64,000 bases of DNA from Opitutales bacterium (GTDB taxonomy: Bacteria; Verrucomicrobiota; Verrucomicrobiia; Opitutales; JABSRG01): positions 1 to 64,000 of the forward strand of contig JBMYOQ010000002.1 in assembly GCA_049599475.1 (NCBI GenBank), in the 5' to 3' direction. Positions 38,994-48,780 of the stretch are shown here, one piece after another. A model generated the notes under the pieces. It made no database searches and was not told the origin of the DNA. It was given only the letters and a program-made list of their open reading frames with translations. How positions within the stretch are numbered: position 1 is the stretch's first letter; each line of letters starts with the position of its first letter. Position numbers and translations under genes: made by a program.

Positions 38994-39718
38994 AAAAGCC
39001 AGCCCTTCTCATCGGTAGCGGTCCGTCTGTGGATAAAATCGATCCAAAGTATTTTGATCATTTCGAAACTTACGGATGTAATTCTATTTTTAAGAAATTT
39101 GAAGAATGGGGGAGGCCGGTCGACAATGTTGTAATAACTGATAGCAAGCGCATGCAGGATATTGGTGATGCTTATAAAAATTATGAAGGCAGGCTGTTTA
39201 TTGGGGATCAGCGATATGTGATGCCTCCCTATAAAAAATATAAGCGCCTACTTGGTCGAGACTTCATCCCTTTGAAGCAATTAACGAAAAATACATTTCC
39301 AGAAAATTGGCTCACCAGACTCATACCTTTTTCAAAATATCTATCAAGCACTGTATTTCAAAAGTGGAACATGACTTTTGATTACGAAAGGGGCCTGAAT
39401 TTTGGTAGAAGTGTCTCTTGTGCAATGGTACAAATTGCGGCTATTGAAGGTCACAAAATAATCGCACTTACGGGGGTCGATGCAAATTACGATAATCCTA
39501 AAAGTTATTTTTCAGATGTGGCAGAAACAGTTTCCCACGTGAATGTTCCATTTGTCTCAAACCCAAGACTGATGATGGAGCCATTTTTTGTAATGGCTCA
39601 AATACTACTCGAGCCTGATGGGATACGGCTCATTGATTGCACGCCTGGAGGGAAATTGAAATTTATTGAAAAGTCTGAACTTAATCAATTGTTAGGCGTT
39701 GTAGGCGCTAATTCTTAG
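38990..39718 (+). CDS. Maf/GT42-like putative ulosonic acid transferase
   Basis: LLIGSGPS...YGCN...IALTGVD motif pattern. Confidence 0.65.
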   Translation: MKKPALLIGSGPSVDKIDPKYFDHFETYGCNSIFKKFEEWGRPVDNVVITDSKRMQDIGDAYKNYEGRLFIGDQRYVMPPYKKYKRLLGRDFIPLKQLTKNTFPENWLTRLIPFSKYLSSTVFQKWNMTFDYERGLNFGRSVSCAMVQIAAIEGHKIIALTGVDANYDNPKSYFSDVAETVSHVNVPFVSNPRLMMEPFFVMAQILLEPDGIRLIDCTPGGKLKFIEKSELNQLLGVVGANS

Positions 39719-39753
39719 TATCGTATTCCCAATAGTATCTAAAAATTATTTAT

Positions 39754-41067
39754 ATGATTAATAATTTGGCTATAAAGGTTGTCGGTATTTGCGCTGCGAC
39801 CTTTCTCATGTTTTTGCCCCATCATCACACGATGAGGCTTATTACTTCTAATGAAATAGTCTTTGGGTGGATCGAACTTTTGCAGTTTGTTTCAATGTGT
39901 TGTATAGGAATTCATTTCCTTTTTATTACGGATCGATTCTGGAAGAAGGTAATTGTTGTGTACATTTTTTCTTGTTTTCTCGTTCTCAGTTCAGTCAATC
40001 TGGAGTCTTTGTTTCTTTCTTTGAGGGGATTTATGCGAGTTGTCGGAGTTTTTGCTCCTATGCTTGTGTTGCCGTTTCTTGTTACTGAGCACTGTGAACG
40101 TAATTCTAAGTTGTTCCGGTTGTTTTATACCTGTTTTACGATAAATGTTATTTTTATCAGTTTATGGCTATTGGTTGAAGCTAGCTTGGGGTTAGGGGGG
40201 AAGTTTCACAAAGACCTTCTTGTTGATTGGGCGTATACAAGAGGTTTTACTCGTAGAGCATTTTATGCATTTGATTCACCAATGGTGGCTGGTCAATGGA
40301 TGTGGATGTTCGGTTGTTTGTTGATTTTTTTAATATTTCCCTACGTGAAAAATCGAATACACTCTTTGCTTGTACTTTCTGCGGGCTTTCTTTCTTTCTT
40401 CGCAACTTTTCCAACTATCAGTCGAGGTCCGTGGATACTCGTAGCTATTTCTGTTGTTTGCTACTTTTTAATCAACCTACAGCGAGGAGTTAAAAGCCTT
40501 GTATACATTATTTTTCTCGGGGCCGCGATTTGTTTATCTAGTTTAGTTTTTGCGAGTATGAACGCGGATATTCGAGACTCAGTAATGTTATATGTGGATG
40601 ATTTATTCGATACAGATGAACGTGCAAATGAGGGCAGGTTATATGTAATGTCAGTGGGAGCTCGTGCGATTTATGATGCGCTGCCATTCGGGTATGGATT
40701 AAGCCAATTCGCAATCGGATCAGGAGAGTCATCGCTAGATATCAATAATTTTGAGAACACATATTTGAATTATATGGTGAATCTGGGACTCGCAGGTTTT
40801 TATTTTGCTTTAGTTGTTATAGCTATTTTTTTATCGACGATTGTGCGTGGAGCGCATTTTATTTTTGTACGGCGGCTACGTGATCCGGTGGTGGATTCGG
40901 CTTTCGTTATGTCTTTGGCGCTGTTTCTTTACACTTTCGCGTCTCCGTTGTGTGCGAGCCGTGCAGGTTCTATGGTTCTTTCGCTAGTGCTGATTATTGG
41001 AGTGTATGCAAATTTACGCATCAACATAATGACTAAAAAAAGGTATGATTTGGGAGATCGATTATGA
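39754..41067 (+). CDS. Wzy polymerase / O-antigen ligase family protein
   Basis: Multi-TM, TISRGPW, PFGYG, ENTYL...LGLAG. Confidence 0.75.
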   Translation: MINNLAIKVVGICAATFLMFLPHHHTMRLITSNEIVFGWIELLQFVSMCCIGIHFLFITDRFWKKVIVVYIFSCFLVLSSVNLESLFLSLRGFMRVVGVFAPMLVLPFLVTEHCERNSKLFRLFYTCFTINVIFISLWLLVEASLGLGGKFHKDLLVDWAYTRGFTRRAFYAFDSPMVAGQWMWMFGCLLIFLIFPYVKNRIHSLLVLSAGFLSFFATFPTISRGPWILVAISVVCYFLINLQRGVKSLVYIIFLGAAICLSSLVFASMNADIRDSVMLYVDDLFDTDERANEGRLYVMSVGARAIYDALPFGYGLSQFAIGSGESSLDINNFENTYLNYMVNLGLAGFYFALVVIAIFLSTIVRGAHFIFVRRLRDPVVDSAFVMSLALFLYTFASPLCASRAGSMVLSLVLIIGVYANLRINIMTKKRYDLGDRL

Positions 41068-41900
41068 AGATATCTAACTGCGATATATTTGTTCACGTCC
41101 CAAAGGCAGCTGGTACAACTGTACACAGTATTTTTGAAAAAAATTATAGTCCTTTAAGACAATTTTCATTTCGGGCGCCGCGGGAGCAGGCGCTCGAAAG
41201 ATTCCAGAGATTGTCTCAAGAAAGCAGGGACAGATTTCAGATGGTCAAAGGGCACTGTGGCTATGGAATTCATAATTTTATCAATTCCAAAGTTCGCTAT
41301 GTCACTTTTTTAAGGGACCCTGTAAAACGTGTTATATCTGAATATTACTACGTAAAACGTCATCCGCGCCCCTCAAACCACGCGTTACTGAACCGGGAAG
41401 ATATTTCTCTACGCGATTATGTCGAAGCGGGGATATACACGGACAATATGCATCTGCGGTTTTTGACGTTTATGCGTTTGGAAGACGCGCCCGAAGGGCC
41501 CGCAAAAGAAGAATGGCTTGAGCCCGCAAAAAAGCTGCTGGAAGAAAGGTTTGAGTCTATAGGCATCGTGGAGCGTTTTGATGAAAGCATGCTCTTGATG
41601 GCGCAGGATTTAGACCTGAGCGATGTCACTTATATTCGTCAAAATTCTAGAAAGGAAAGCGCTGAGGAGACAGACGAAGTTAAATGCTTAATTCGAGAGA
41701 AAGAGAGTTTAGACATTCAATTGTATGACTTTGCTCTTAATATATTTGAATCGAGATGGAGCGATTATTTGAAAAAGAATTCCGATGCACTCATGCGCTT
41801 TCAATGTGAGAATAAGAGAAAGATTTTTAAAAGAAAAATATTAGACAGAATGACTTATTACACTTGTAGAAGTATTTGGAAGCTTAGGGGGTATTGGTGA
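41064..41900 (+). CDS. Sulfotransferase (family 2-like)
   Basis: FVHVPKAAGTT PAPS loop, LRDPVKRVISEY. Confidence 0.88.
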   Translation: MKISNCDIFVHVPKAAGTTVHSIFEKNYSPLRQFSFRAPREQALERFQRLSQESRDRFQMVKGHCGYGIHNFINSKVRYVTFLRDPVKRVISEYYYVKRHPRPSNHALLNREDISLRDYVEAGIYTDNMHLRFLTFMRLEDAPEGPAKEEWLEPAKKLLEERFESIGIVERFDESMLLMAQDLDLSDVTYIRQNSRKESAEETDEVKCLIREKESLDIQLYDFALNIFESRWSDYLKKNSDALMRFQCENKRKIFKRKILDRMTYYTCRSIWKLRGYW

Positions 41901-41902
41901 GC

Positions 41903-43063
41903 ATGAGTCGGTTGATTGTTACTTTTTCAGCATCGGATTACACGGGTGCTAGCCGAATGGGCTTTGAATACTTATCTGCATTGAGATCAGCAGGCTTTAC
42001 TCTGGATATCGTGATAGCACCCTATGAAGGAGAGCAGACCTCTTTACGAGGCGTGTTAGAAACAAATGGCTTTCAACCGATAGTTCGAGATTGGTTTTCT
42101 TCCTTCATCAACCTATCGGCAGTGAAATCGCTGGCCCTCTTAGCAGAGTCTAGAAAGGCAAGTTGTTTGATCTCTATGAACCAAGGTGATGTGAAGACAA
42201 CTGGACCCGCAGCGCGAATGGCTGGCTTATCTTACATTGCATTTGCTCAGAATCTTAGAAAATTTCATGGTCGTTTTCCAGTTCGAGTACTGAAAGAATG
42301 GGGCTACAAGAGAGAGATGAGGGCTGCTGCACGTGTAATTTCAGTTTCGAATACGGTATGCGACGAACACCGAAATAGATTTGGAGTTTCTAAGGATCGC
42401 TCAGTCGTTGTTGTCAATGGTGTAGACCTAAAGCGGTTTAAGCGCGAGCATATTAATCGAAGCGCGCTGCGCCGCCATTTTAATTGGGACGATGATGAGG
42501 CAATATCCTTAAACGTGGGTAGAATAACATTACAAAAAAACCAACTGGAACTAGTAGACGTATTCTTTAAAATATGCGAAAAGAAGCCAGATCAAAAAAA
42601 ACGACTTCTTTTCGTAGGAGCACCTGCGGGTAATGATTTCGGCTATTTCGAACAACTAAAAGATAAAATTCAGTCAAGTATTCATAGGGACAAGGTAGAA
42701 TTACTCGGCTGGCGCGATGATATTCCAGACTTGCTGAGCGCCTCAGATATTTATGTGCATCCAGCGAAATGGGAAGGTTGGCCGCTGGCTCCAACTGAGG
42801 CGATGGCAGCAGCGTGTCCTGTTGTCATGACTGATTGTTCAGGCGAACCGAGCGGGCTGATTCAAGGTGAAAACTGCTTTTGTACCCAAAACGGTGATAT
42901 GTATGCGTTTTCGGATGCGTGGATCACATTGCTAAATATGTCTGATCATGACCGGCGGGAACTTGGGCGAAAAGGACAAAAGATCGCGCTAAAATATTAT
43001 GACATAGAGAAGCTAAAAGCATCCTTTGTGGAAGCGATTCAGGAGGTGGTCGAGGATGTGTGA
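41903..43063 (+). CDS. GT4 glycosyltransferase
   Basis: NGVD, GRITLQKN, EGWPLAPTEAMA. Confidence 0.9.
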   Translation: MSRLIVTFSASDYTGASRMGFEYLSALRSAGFTLDIVIAPYEGEQTSLRGVLETNGFQPIVRDWFSSFINLSAVKSLALLAESRKASCLISMNQGDVKTTGPAARMAGLSYIAFAQNLRKFHGRFPVRVLKEWGYKREMRAAARVISVSNTVCDEHRNRFGVSKDRSVVVVNGVDLKRFKREHINRSALRRHFNWDDDEAISLNVGRITLQKNQLELVDVFFKICEKKPDQKKRLLFVGAPAGNDFGYFEQLKDKIQSSIHRDKVELLGWRDDIPDLLSASDIYVHPAKWEGWPLAPTEAMAAACPVVMTDCSGEPSGLIQGENCFCTQNGDMYAFSDAWITLLNMSDHDRRELGRKGQKIALKYYDIEKLKASFVEAIQEVVEDV

Positions 43064-43979
43064 ATTTGTTCCAGATTTCTTGATACTTGGAGCTCAAAAA
43101 GCTGGGACAACAGCTTTATCGGCTTATTTAGAACAACATCCGGAAATTTTTATACCGAGGAACAAAGAGCCGAGTTTTTTTTCATTTAAAAGTAAGCACC
43201 CCGAATATTGCGGGCCGGAAGACTGGTTGGCAAACCGAGATTTTGTTGTTCACCAAGATGCCTACTCTCAATTATTTCATCCTCGGGGACCGCAGCAAAT
43301 AGCTGGTGAGGCTTCTGTGACCTACCTATATTTGGCAGATACAGTGCGAAATATTAAATACTTTATTCCTAAGGCAAAATTTATTGTATCTTTGAGGAAT
43401 CCTGCCAAGCGGGCCTTTTCGGCATATCAGCATTTAAGGCGCGACGGACGAGAAGTCATCGGTAATTTTTCTGATGCATTAGAGGCTGAGAGCGAAAGGA
43501 TAGGAAAGAATTGGGAAACACTTTGGCATTATGAATCCGTAGGTTACTACGGAAAGCAGATTGAGCGGTATTTGGATGTTTTCAGTCGTGATCAATTTTT
43601 GTTTTTGAAAAGCGAAGAGATCTTCAATGATCCGCTTGAATCTCTTGAGCGATGTTTTGAGTTTCTAGAGGTAGATACGTCTTTTGTTCCTGATACGTCA
43701 TTCGAAATGAATGTATCTGGTGCGCCGAAATCTCAGCGGCTCAACGACTTTTTCAATAAGCCGAATCCCATAAAGGAAACGTTTAAAAAATTTATTCCGA
43801 TAAAGTTCGGCCGCAGAATTAAGAACGCGATCCAAAAGAAAAATTTGGAAAAGTCGGAGTCTATTGGCGAGGATGATTACATGAACCTCATATCGAGATA
43901 CACGCGCGATATTCAATTAACTGAACAGCTCACAGGACTTAATTTATCGAATTGGTATTCTCAAGACTTTGACTCATGA
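43056..43979 (+). CDS. Sulfotransferase (family 1/3-like)
   Basis: PDFLILGAQKAGTTAL, GEAS, LRNPAKRAFSAY. Confidence 0.9.
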   Translation: MCEFVPDFLILGAQKAGTTALSAYLEQHPEIFIPRNKEPSFFSFKSKHPEYCGPEDWLANRDFVVHQDAYSQLFHPRGPQQIAGEASVTYLYLADTVRNIKYFIPKAKFIVSLRNPAKRAFSAYQHLRRDGREVIGNFSDALEAESERIGKNWETLWHYESVGYYGKQIERYLDVFSRDQFLFLKSEEIFNDPLESLERCFEFLEVDTSFVPDTSFEMNVSGAPKSQRLNDFFNKPNPIKETFKKFIPIKFGRRIKNAIQKKNLEKSESIGEDDYMNLISRYTRDIQLTEQLTGLNLSNWYSQDFDS

Positions 43980-45184
43980 AAATATGCATTGCCAATGATT
44001 TCGCATGTCCGAATGGGGGTGCCTCTAAGGTTGCTATTACAGAAGCAATGGGTCTGAGCGAATCGGGCCATGATGTTTACTATTTCGCCGAATCGGGCCC
44101 GATAGATGAATCATTAATGAATTCAAATGTCTCAGTTGTCTGTGCCAATCGTCCTGATATACTTTCCAACCCGAGCAGGATTAATGCGTGTATTCGTGGC
44201 ATAGCGAATAAGCATGCTTATGATGATCTAAGTGACTTAATTAATCGATTCGATGAGGATTGGATTGTGCACGTGCACAGCTATAGCAAAGCTTTATCTC
44301 CCTATATTTTTAAAATAGGCGAGAAAACTAGTGTGCAGCTTTATCATACGCTTCATGATTATTTTATTGGTTGCCCCCAAGGAGGCTTTTTTGACAAACA
44401 AAAGGAGAGTGTTTGTAAGCTTAAAGGAGGAAGTTTTCAGTGCTTAAAGACTCACTGTGATGCTAGAAGTTTCGCACAGAAAGTATGGCGCTTTGGGAGA
44501 TGGGTTTATCAAGAAAATGTATTTTCTGAAATTGCCTGTTTGCCGCAGTTTATTGCCGTGTCTGAATATTTAAAATCGCGGCTGCTGAACTATCTACCTG
44601 CAGGTGCTAAAGTTGACGTTTTAGATAATCCTATTGATGCAGTTGCATCCTCGACAATAAATGTTGAGGAAAATCATGTATACGGGTTTGTTGGCCGACT
44701 TGTAGCTGAGAAGGGAATTTTTCATTACGCGGAAGCGATTCGGAAGTCGGGAAAACGGGGTGTTATCATTGGGGATGGTGACGAATCTGTAATTCAGCGA
44801 GTGAAAGAGATTTGTCCCAATTTAGAAATTAAAGGATGGTTGCAGGGAGATGCGTTGTTATCTGAGATCTCGAGCTTTCGCGCGCTTATTTTTCCGTCGA
44901 TCTATTATGAAGGACAACCCTTGACGCCGTTGGAGCATATGGCGCTTGGGATTCCTGTTGTGAGTTCTAACACTAACGCAGCTATCGATTATATGGAGGA
45001 TGGTGTAAATGGATTCGTATATGATGGAGATAGTGTTGATTCATTGGTGGCGGCTATAGAAAAAATTGAGGAACGGGGCGTGGCTGGCAAATTGGGGGCG
45101 AGGGCCAAGGCATGGTATAAAGGCAGGGATTGGTCCATAGATGGCCATATTCGAAAATTAGAGAGATTATATGGAATCCGATGA
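43976..45184 (+). CDS. GT4 glycosyltransferase with a Cys-rich insert
   Basis: TLHDY..CP, GRLVAEKG, EGQPLTPLEHMA. Confidence 0.9.
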   Translation: MKICIANDFACPNGGASKVAITEAMGLSESGHDVYYFAESGPIDESLMNSNVSVVCANRPDILSNPSRINACIRGIANKHAYDDLSDLINRFDEDWIVHVHSYSKALSPYIFKIGEKTSVQLYHTLHDYFIGCPQGGFFDKQKESVCKLKGGSFQCLKTHCDARSFAQKVWRFGRWVYQENVFSEIACLPQFIAVSEYLKSRLLNYLPAGAKVDVLDNPIDAVASSTINVEENHVYGFVGRLVAEKGIFHYAEAIRKSGKRGVIIGDGDESVIQRVKEICPNLEIKGWLQGDALLSEISSFRALIFPSIYYEGQPLTPLEHMALGIPVVSSNTNAAIDYMEDGVNGFVYDGDSVDSLVAAIEKIEERGVAGKLGARAKAWYKGRDWSIDGHIRKLERLYGIR

Positions 45185-46344
45185 AAGCGGCCGAAAACAA
45201 CAAAAGTGTTTTAATGATATCCGAGCCGGGGGTGGATGGTGTATTTCGCCACGTAGAGGGTTTGATTGATTATTTATTGTTGAATGAATGGCAGGTTCAT
45301 TTTGCGTATTCAAGCCAGCGCTCATCTGAACGACTTTTTTCGTTGGTGCGACGGGTATCCGATGCAGGAGGCATGACCGCTGATTTGAAAATTGGTAATG
45401 CGCCTGAAGTAAGAGATATTGGGGCCTGGTGGACATTGAGGCGGATGGTCAAAGAAGTTTCACCTTGTGTAATTCATGGCCATTCATCGAAGGGGGGAAC
45501 GCTGGCCCGAGTGATTTCGAATATTCCTGTGCTTTATACGCCTAATGCCTACTTTGGCATGGGGTTTCGTTCTGGTGCCAAGGCATTCCTGTTTAACTTT
45601 GTGGAGCGCCTTTTGTCATCCCGGGGAGTAAACATTCATGTTTCGCCTGAGGAGAGCGCTTTCGCGCAAACGGTATTAAAAATAAATTCTGAACGGATGG
45701 TTGAAATCCCTAATGCGGTAGACTTTGACGCATTTCGTCCAGCAAGTTCGGACATAGAAAAAAAGAACTTAAAGGCCGAGATGGGAATTGAAGCTGATGC
45801 CTGGGTATTGGGCTCTATCGGGCGTATTTCTTATCAAAAAAATCCAGAGCTATTGTATCGATCATTCGAAGCATTCTCGAATCGTCGAAATGATGCCAAG
45901 CTTTGCCTGTTACACGTGGGTGGAGGGAGTCGAGAAGATTTGGACGCTCTTTCGGCTATTGCGGAAAGGTTTAATAAAAACACCATTGTTGTTCGTCCCG
46001 TTTACCGTTCGGATCCTGAAGTGTTTTATAAGGTGATGGATGCTTTTTGCTTGAGTAGTCGTTATGAGGGGTTGCCGTTTACTGCGCTTGAAGCTCTTGC
46101 CTCAGATCTCCCGTTAGTTTTGACCGATGGCCCGGGACTTCGATCGTTTGCTGATTCGAAATACGGGTTCGAGCAAATTTATTATGCAGCATCAGACAAC
46201 ATAGAGATGTTTGCAGAGGCTATATTGACTTGCTTCAATCAGAGAGAACGTGGGACGAATCATCGTTCAGCCTCAAAAGATTTTTTTTCGATCAATAGTG
46301 TCTACGGCCGCATTGTAGATTTGTACACACAATCAAAGGTTTAG
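45181..46344 (+). CDS. GT4 glycosyltransferase
   Basis: HGHSSKGG, GRISYQKNP, EGLPFTALEALA. Confidence 0.9.
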   Translation: MKAAENNKSVLMISEPGVDGVFRHVEGLIDYLLLNEWQVHFAYSSQRSSERLFSLVRRVSDAGGMTADLKIGNAPEVRDIGAWWTLRRMVKEVSPCVIHGHSSKGGTLARVISNIPVLYTPNAYFGMGFRSGAKAFLFNFVERLLSSRGVNIHVSPEESAFAQTVLKINSERMVEIPNAVDFDAFRPASSDIEKKNLKAEMGIEADAWVLGSIGRISYQKNPELLYRSFEAFSNRRNDAKLCLLHVGGGSREDLDALSAIAERFNKNTIVVRPVYRSDPEVFYKVMDAFCLSSRYEGLPFTALEALASDLPLVLTDGPGLRSFADSKYGFEQIYYAASDNIEMFAEAILTCFNQRERGTNHRSASKDFFSINSVYGRIVDLYTQSKV

Positions 46345-46416
46345 GTCTTTCCAGATTAGCCCTACCTTGATCCTTTTAAAAAGTGTAATTCGGGCTGCAT
46401 AAAAAGAGGATGAGGC

Positions 46417-47109
46417 TTATGCATGAGGTGTGATCTTGGCTTTTTTTGCCAAATCTTGCAGCAATGGGAGTGTCGATGGGTCTTTTAATAAATCCCGAAT
46501 GTCGCGGTTCGAAGATATACGGACGAAGAATTGTTCACGCTTTTGATTGATACCGAATTGAGTGAGCGTCTTTAAGAAATTTCCAGATATTTGGCCGTAG
46601 CGAGATTGTTCATTCGCGTAAATTTGATCGCCGACAATATGCCAAAATGTAACGCTTTGTGTCTGACCTTGTTTTTCAAATACACGGAATTCAGCGGGGT
46701 GAGCATCGGCCACGAAGACTTTATCCAGATCTATTTGATGTTCTCGTTTGATGGAGGTCCAACCGTTGCCGACCCAGCAGATATCTGGCGTGTGTTCGTG
46801 GGCTTGTTTGATTGGGGCGCTGCCGGGCTTCCAGTAGGCTACGTAGAGGATGAGTTGGGTATTGCCCCGGGTGTATATTCGGGAGACGTAGTCGTCGAAG
46901 TCTAGGATTTCGTCTACGCGGGCGAGCATCTCTTCGGTTTCGGCTAGGGGGAGGTCTTCCGCTTTCCAACCGGGCATCTCGGGGTTTATCAGTTCGGCAA
47001 GGGGTTGGGTGATCGATGGTGCCGGCTGCGGACGGACGGCGTCGAACACCTGCATGCCAATCGCAAAGAGTAAACCCAGCAGCGGAATCGAAAGGAGGAA
47101 TAATCGCAT
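46417..47109 (-). CDS. Exosortase-associated EpsI-family protein
   Basis: N-terminal anchor, RIY...LYVAYW, HTPDICWVGNGW, FVRISS. Confidence 0.8.
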   Translation of the reverse strand: MRLFLLSIPLLGLLFAIGMQVFDAVRPQPAPSITQPLAELINPEMPGWKAEDLPLAETEEMLARVDEILDFDDYVSRIYTRGNTQLILYVAYWKPGSAPIKQAHEHTPDICWVGNGWTSIKREHQIDLDKVFVADAHPAEFRVFEKQGQTQSVTFWHIVGDQIYANEQSRYGQISGNFLKTLTQFGINQKREQFFVRISSNRDIRDLLKDPSTLPLLQDLAKKAKITPHA

Positions 47110-47117
47110 AGTCTAGA

Positions 47118-47156
47118 CTTACCACAAAAAACACAGAATGCACAGAAAAGTTGTTG
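47118..47156. repeat. 39-bp exact direct repeat, copy 1 (copy 2 at 48170-48208)
   Basis: cttaccacaaaaaacacagaatgcacagaaaagttgttg at both sites, offset 1052 bp. Confidence 0.95.
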
Positions 47157-47324
47157 AAGGGGATTTATCGCCGGCAGCGGGTTTATTTTTAACCACGAAT
47201 CACACTAATCACACGAATGGGGTTTTTTACTGCTTGCCTGCTTGAGCGTAGCTGGCGTGAGATCATCATTGATGACGGAGGTTTGCCGGAGACGGCGGTG
47301 CAATTATGAAATGAAGAGCGCGTT

Positions 47325-47543
47325 TCAGCGCTTGGGCTTTACCAGATTCCCTGTGTTTGGATCAATGTATGCGTCGCCACTTTTCTTTTTGCGTTCAACC
47401 GCTTCGTCGAAGAGCGCATTCAGATCCTCGTTGGCCTTGAGCTTTTGGTCGAAGCTGAGTTTTTGCCAATCGATTAAATTATTCAATTCAGCTCCGCTAA
47501 AGGTGCATCCTGACCAGTCTATGTCGGGGGCGGTCTCGCTCAT
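47325..47543 (-). CDS. Small helical partner of nucleotidyltransferase 1 (putative antitoxin)
   Basis: 72 aa, ATGA overlap with the upstream NTase. Confidence 0.7.
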   Translation of the reverse strand: MSETAPDIDWSGCTFSGAELNNLIDWQKLSFDQKLKANEDLNALFDEAVERKKKSGDAYIDPNTGNLVKPKR

Positions 47544-48049
47544 TTCTGGGTAGCTTGTTGGATTTTCTTCAAAAACTCAATGTCGATCTGATCTTTGAGG
47601 CGATTGGCCGATTGTTTCATTGAGATGAGCGTGGGTATGCTGGCGAAGCGGACGAGGGTGTTTTGGTCTCCGGTGTGCTCGCTTTTAGCGGATTCCCATT
47701 CGGTGTTAAAATCGAAAGGATGTTGGACGAAAACATCGAGCTTCGTGTCTGGATATGAGTCACTCCAGAATTGTAGAACTTGCATGTTCTTTTCGGTGTG
47801 CCAGATCTTGCGGAGATCGGCGTTTGAGAACTGTTTTGAGGTAATCGGGACGGTGGGCCTGTATCCTATTTGATTGAGTGCGCGGAAAGCTGATTCGATG
47901 TTATCTGGAACCAATTCCAATACGATGTCTGCATCGCGTGTGGCACGTAAGTAGCCGTGGGCTATAACCGCTAAGCCTCCGACTACTATGTAGCGAACAT
48001 TGTGAGCCTTGAGTGCATGAACGATTGTGTGAAACGAAGATGCTTTCAT
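47540..48049 (-). CDS. Nucleotidyltransferase-fold protein (AbiEii/MenT-like), putative toxin
   Basis: VVGGLAV...RATRDADI...LDVF...LISMK..ANRLKDQID. Confidence 0.85.
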   Translation of the reverse strand: MKASSFHTIVHALKAHNVRYIVVGGLAVIAHGYLRATRDADIVLELVPDNIESAFRALNQIGYRPTVPITSKQFSNADLRKIWHTEKNMQVLQFWSDSYPDTKLDVFVQHPFDFNTEWESAKSEHTGDQNTLVRFASIPTLISMKQSANRLKDQIDIEFLKKIQQATQK

Positions 48050-48062
48050 GGCTTGTTTGAGT

Positions 48063-48161
48063 TCATCGATGAGCCGCTTCGGGGCGCATGGCGTCGAAGT
48101 CTTGCATGCCGATGGCGAAGAGCAAACCTAGCACTGGAATCGATAAGAAAAAAAATCGCAT
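48063..48161 (-). pseudogene. Diverged 5' fragment of a second epsI allele
   Basis: MRFFFLSIPVLGLLFAIGMQDFDAMRPEAAHR* versus MRLFLLSIPLLGLLFAIGMQVFDAVRPQPAPS. Confidence 0.9.
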
Positions 48162-48212
48162 TCTCTAGGCTTACCACAAAAAACACAGAATGCACAGAAA
48201 AGTTGTTGGGCT

Positions 48213-48410
48213 CTCACGGAGTCACGGAGAGCACGGAGATGCGTTCTGGTTTTATCTTTGGGTCTTGGGGTCTTTGCGTGAGACTTGGCAAATTCTCTTG
48301 GTCACGAGATGGCACTAAAAGGCACAAAAATGAAGCTAGGGAGCGGATTTCTGAAACCACATAAAGGCACAGCACACCAAAAAACTCCGTGTCCTCCGTG
48401 CCTCCGTGAG
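48213..48410. repeat. Inverted pair of CACGGAG-type tandem repeats with nested related units
   Basis: ctcacggagtcacggagagcacggag 48213-48238 versus ctccgtgtcctccgtgcctccgtgag 48385-48410. Confidence 0.85.
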
Positions 48411-48485
48411 GGCTTAAAATCGACGTTTAGATTTAAGAATTAAGAGCTTAGATTTTAGAGTTAATGGGATTTGGAGCTTGAGAAT

Positions 48486-48540
48486 TGTTCCTTCAGCGCC
48501 CGGAGGGCACCCGCTTCAGTCACCCCTGCGGGGCACGCTC
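48486..48540. repeat. ~55-bp inverted repeat, left copy (right copy 51017-51070)
   Basis: tgttccttcagcgcccggagggcacccgcttcagtcacccctgcggggcacgctc versus the right copy reverse complement tgttccttcagcacccgacggcacccagcttcagtcaacccgccgagcacgctc. Confidence 0.85.
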
Positions 48541-48555
48541 TGGCGCGCGCACCAT

Positions 48556-48780
48556 CTACGCGCTGCTCGCGCTCCGTGGTTTTTGGGATTTGGAGTTTGG
48601 AATTTGGGATTTACGGGATGAAGGAGCGTTTTCTTTGAGCTTGCGTAGGGTGGCTAGATCGTTCGCTAGTTGCGTCATTTGATCGATACGTTCGAACGGG
48701 CGAAGCGAGAGATTGTGCATCCAGAGAGAGGCATCGGGCTTATCGGTCGCTGTGAGTTTTGGTGGGTCCTTTGATTTCAT
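48556..48780 (-). CDS. Small partner of nucleotidyltransferase 2; C-terminal tail reads into a heptamer repeat
   Basis: NLSLRPFERIDQM helix; the KSQIPNSKSQK tail is encoded by the tandem tract at 48581-48611. Confidence 0.6.
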   Translation of the reverse strand: MKSKDPPKLTATDKPDASLWMHNLSLRPFERIDQMTQLANDLATLRKLKENAPSSRKSQIPNSKSQKPRSASSA

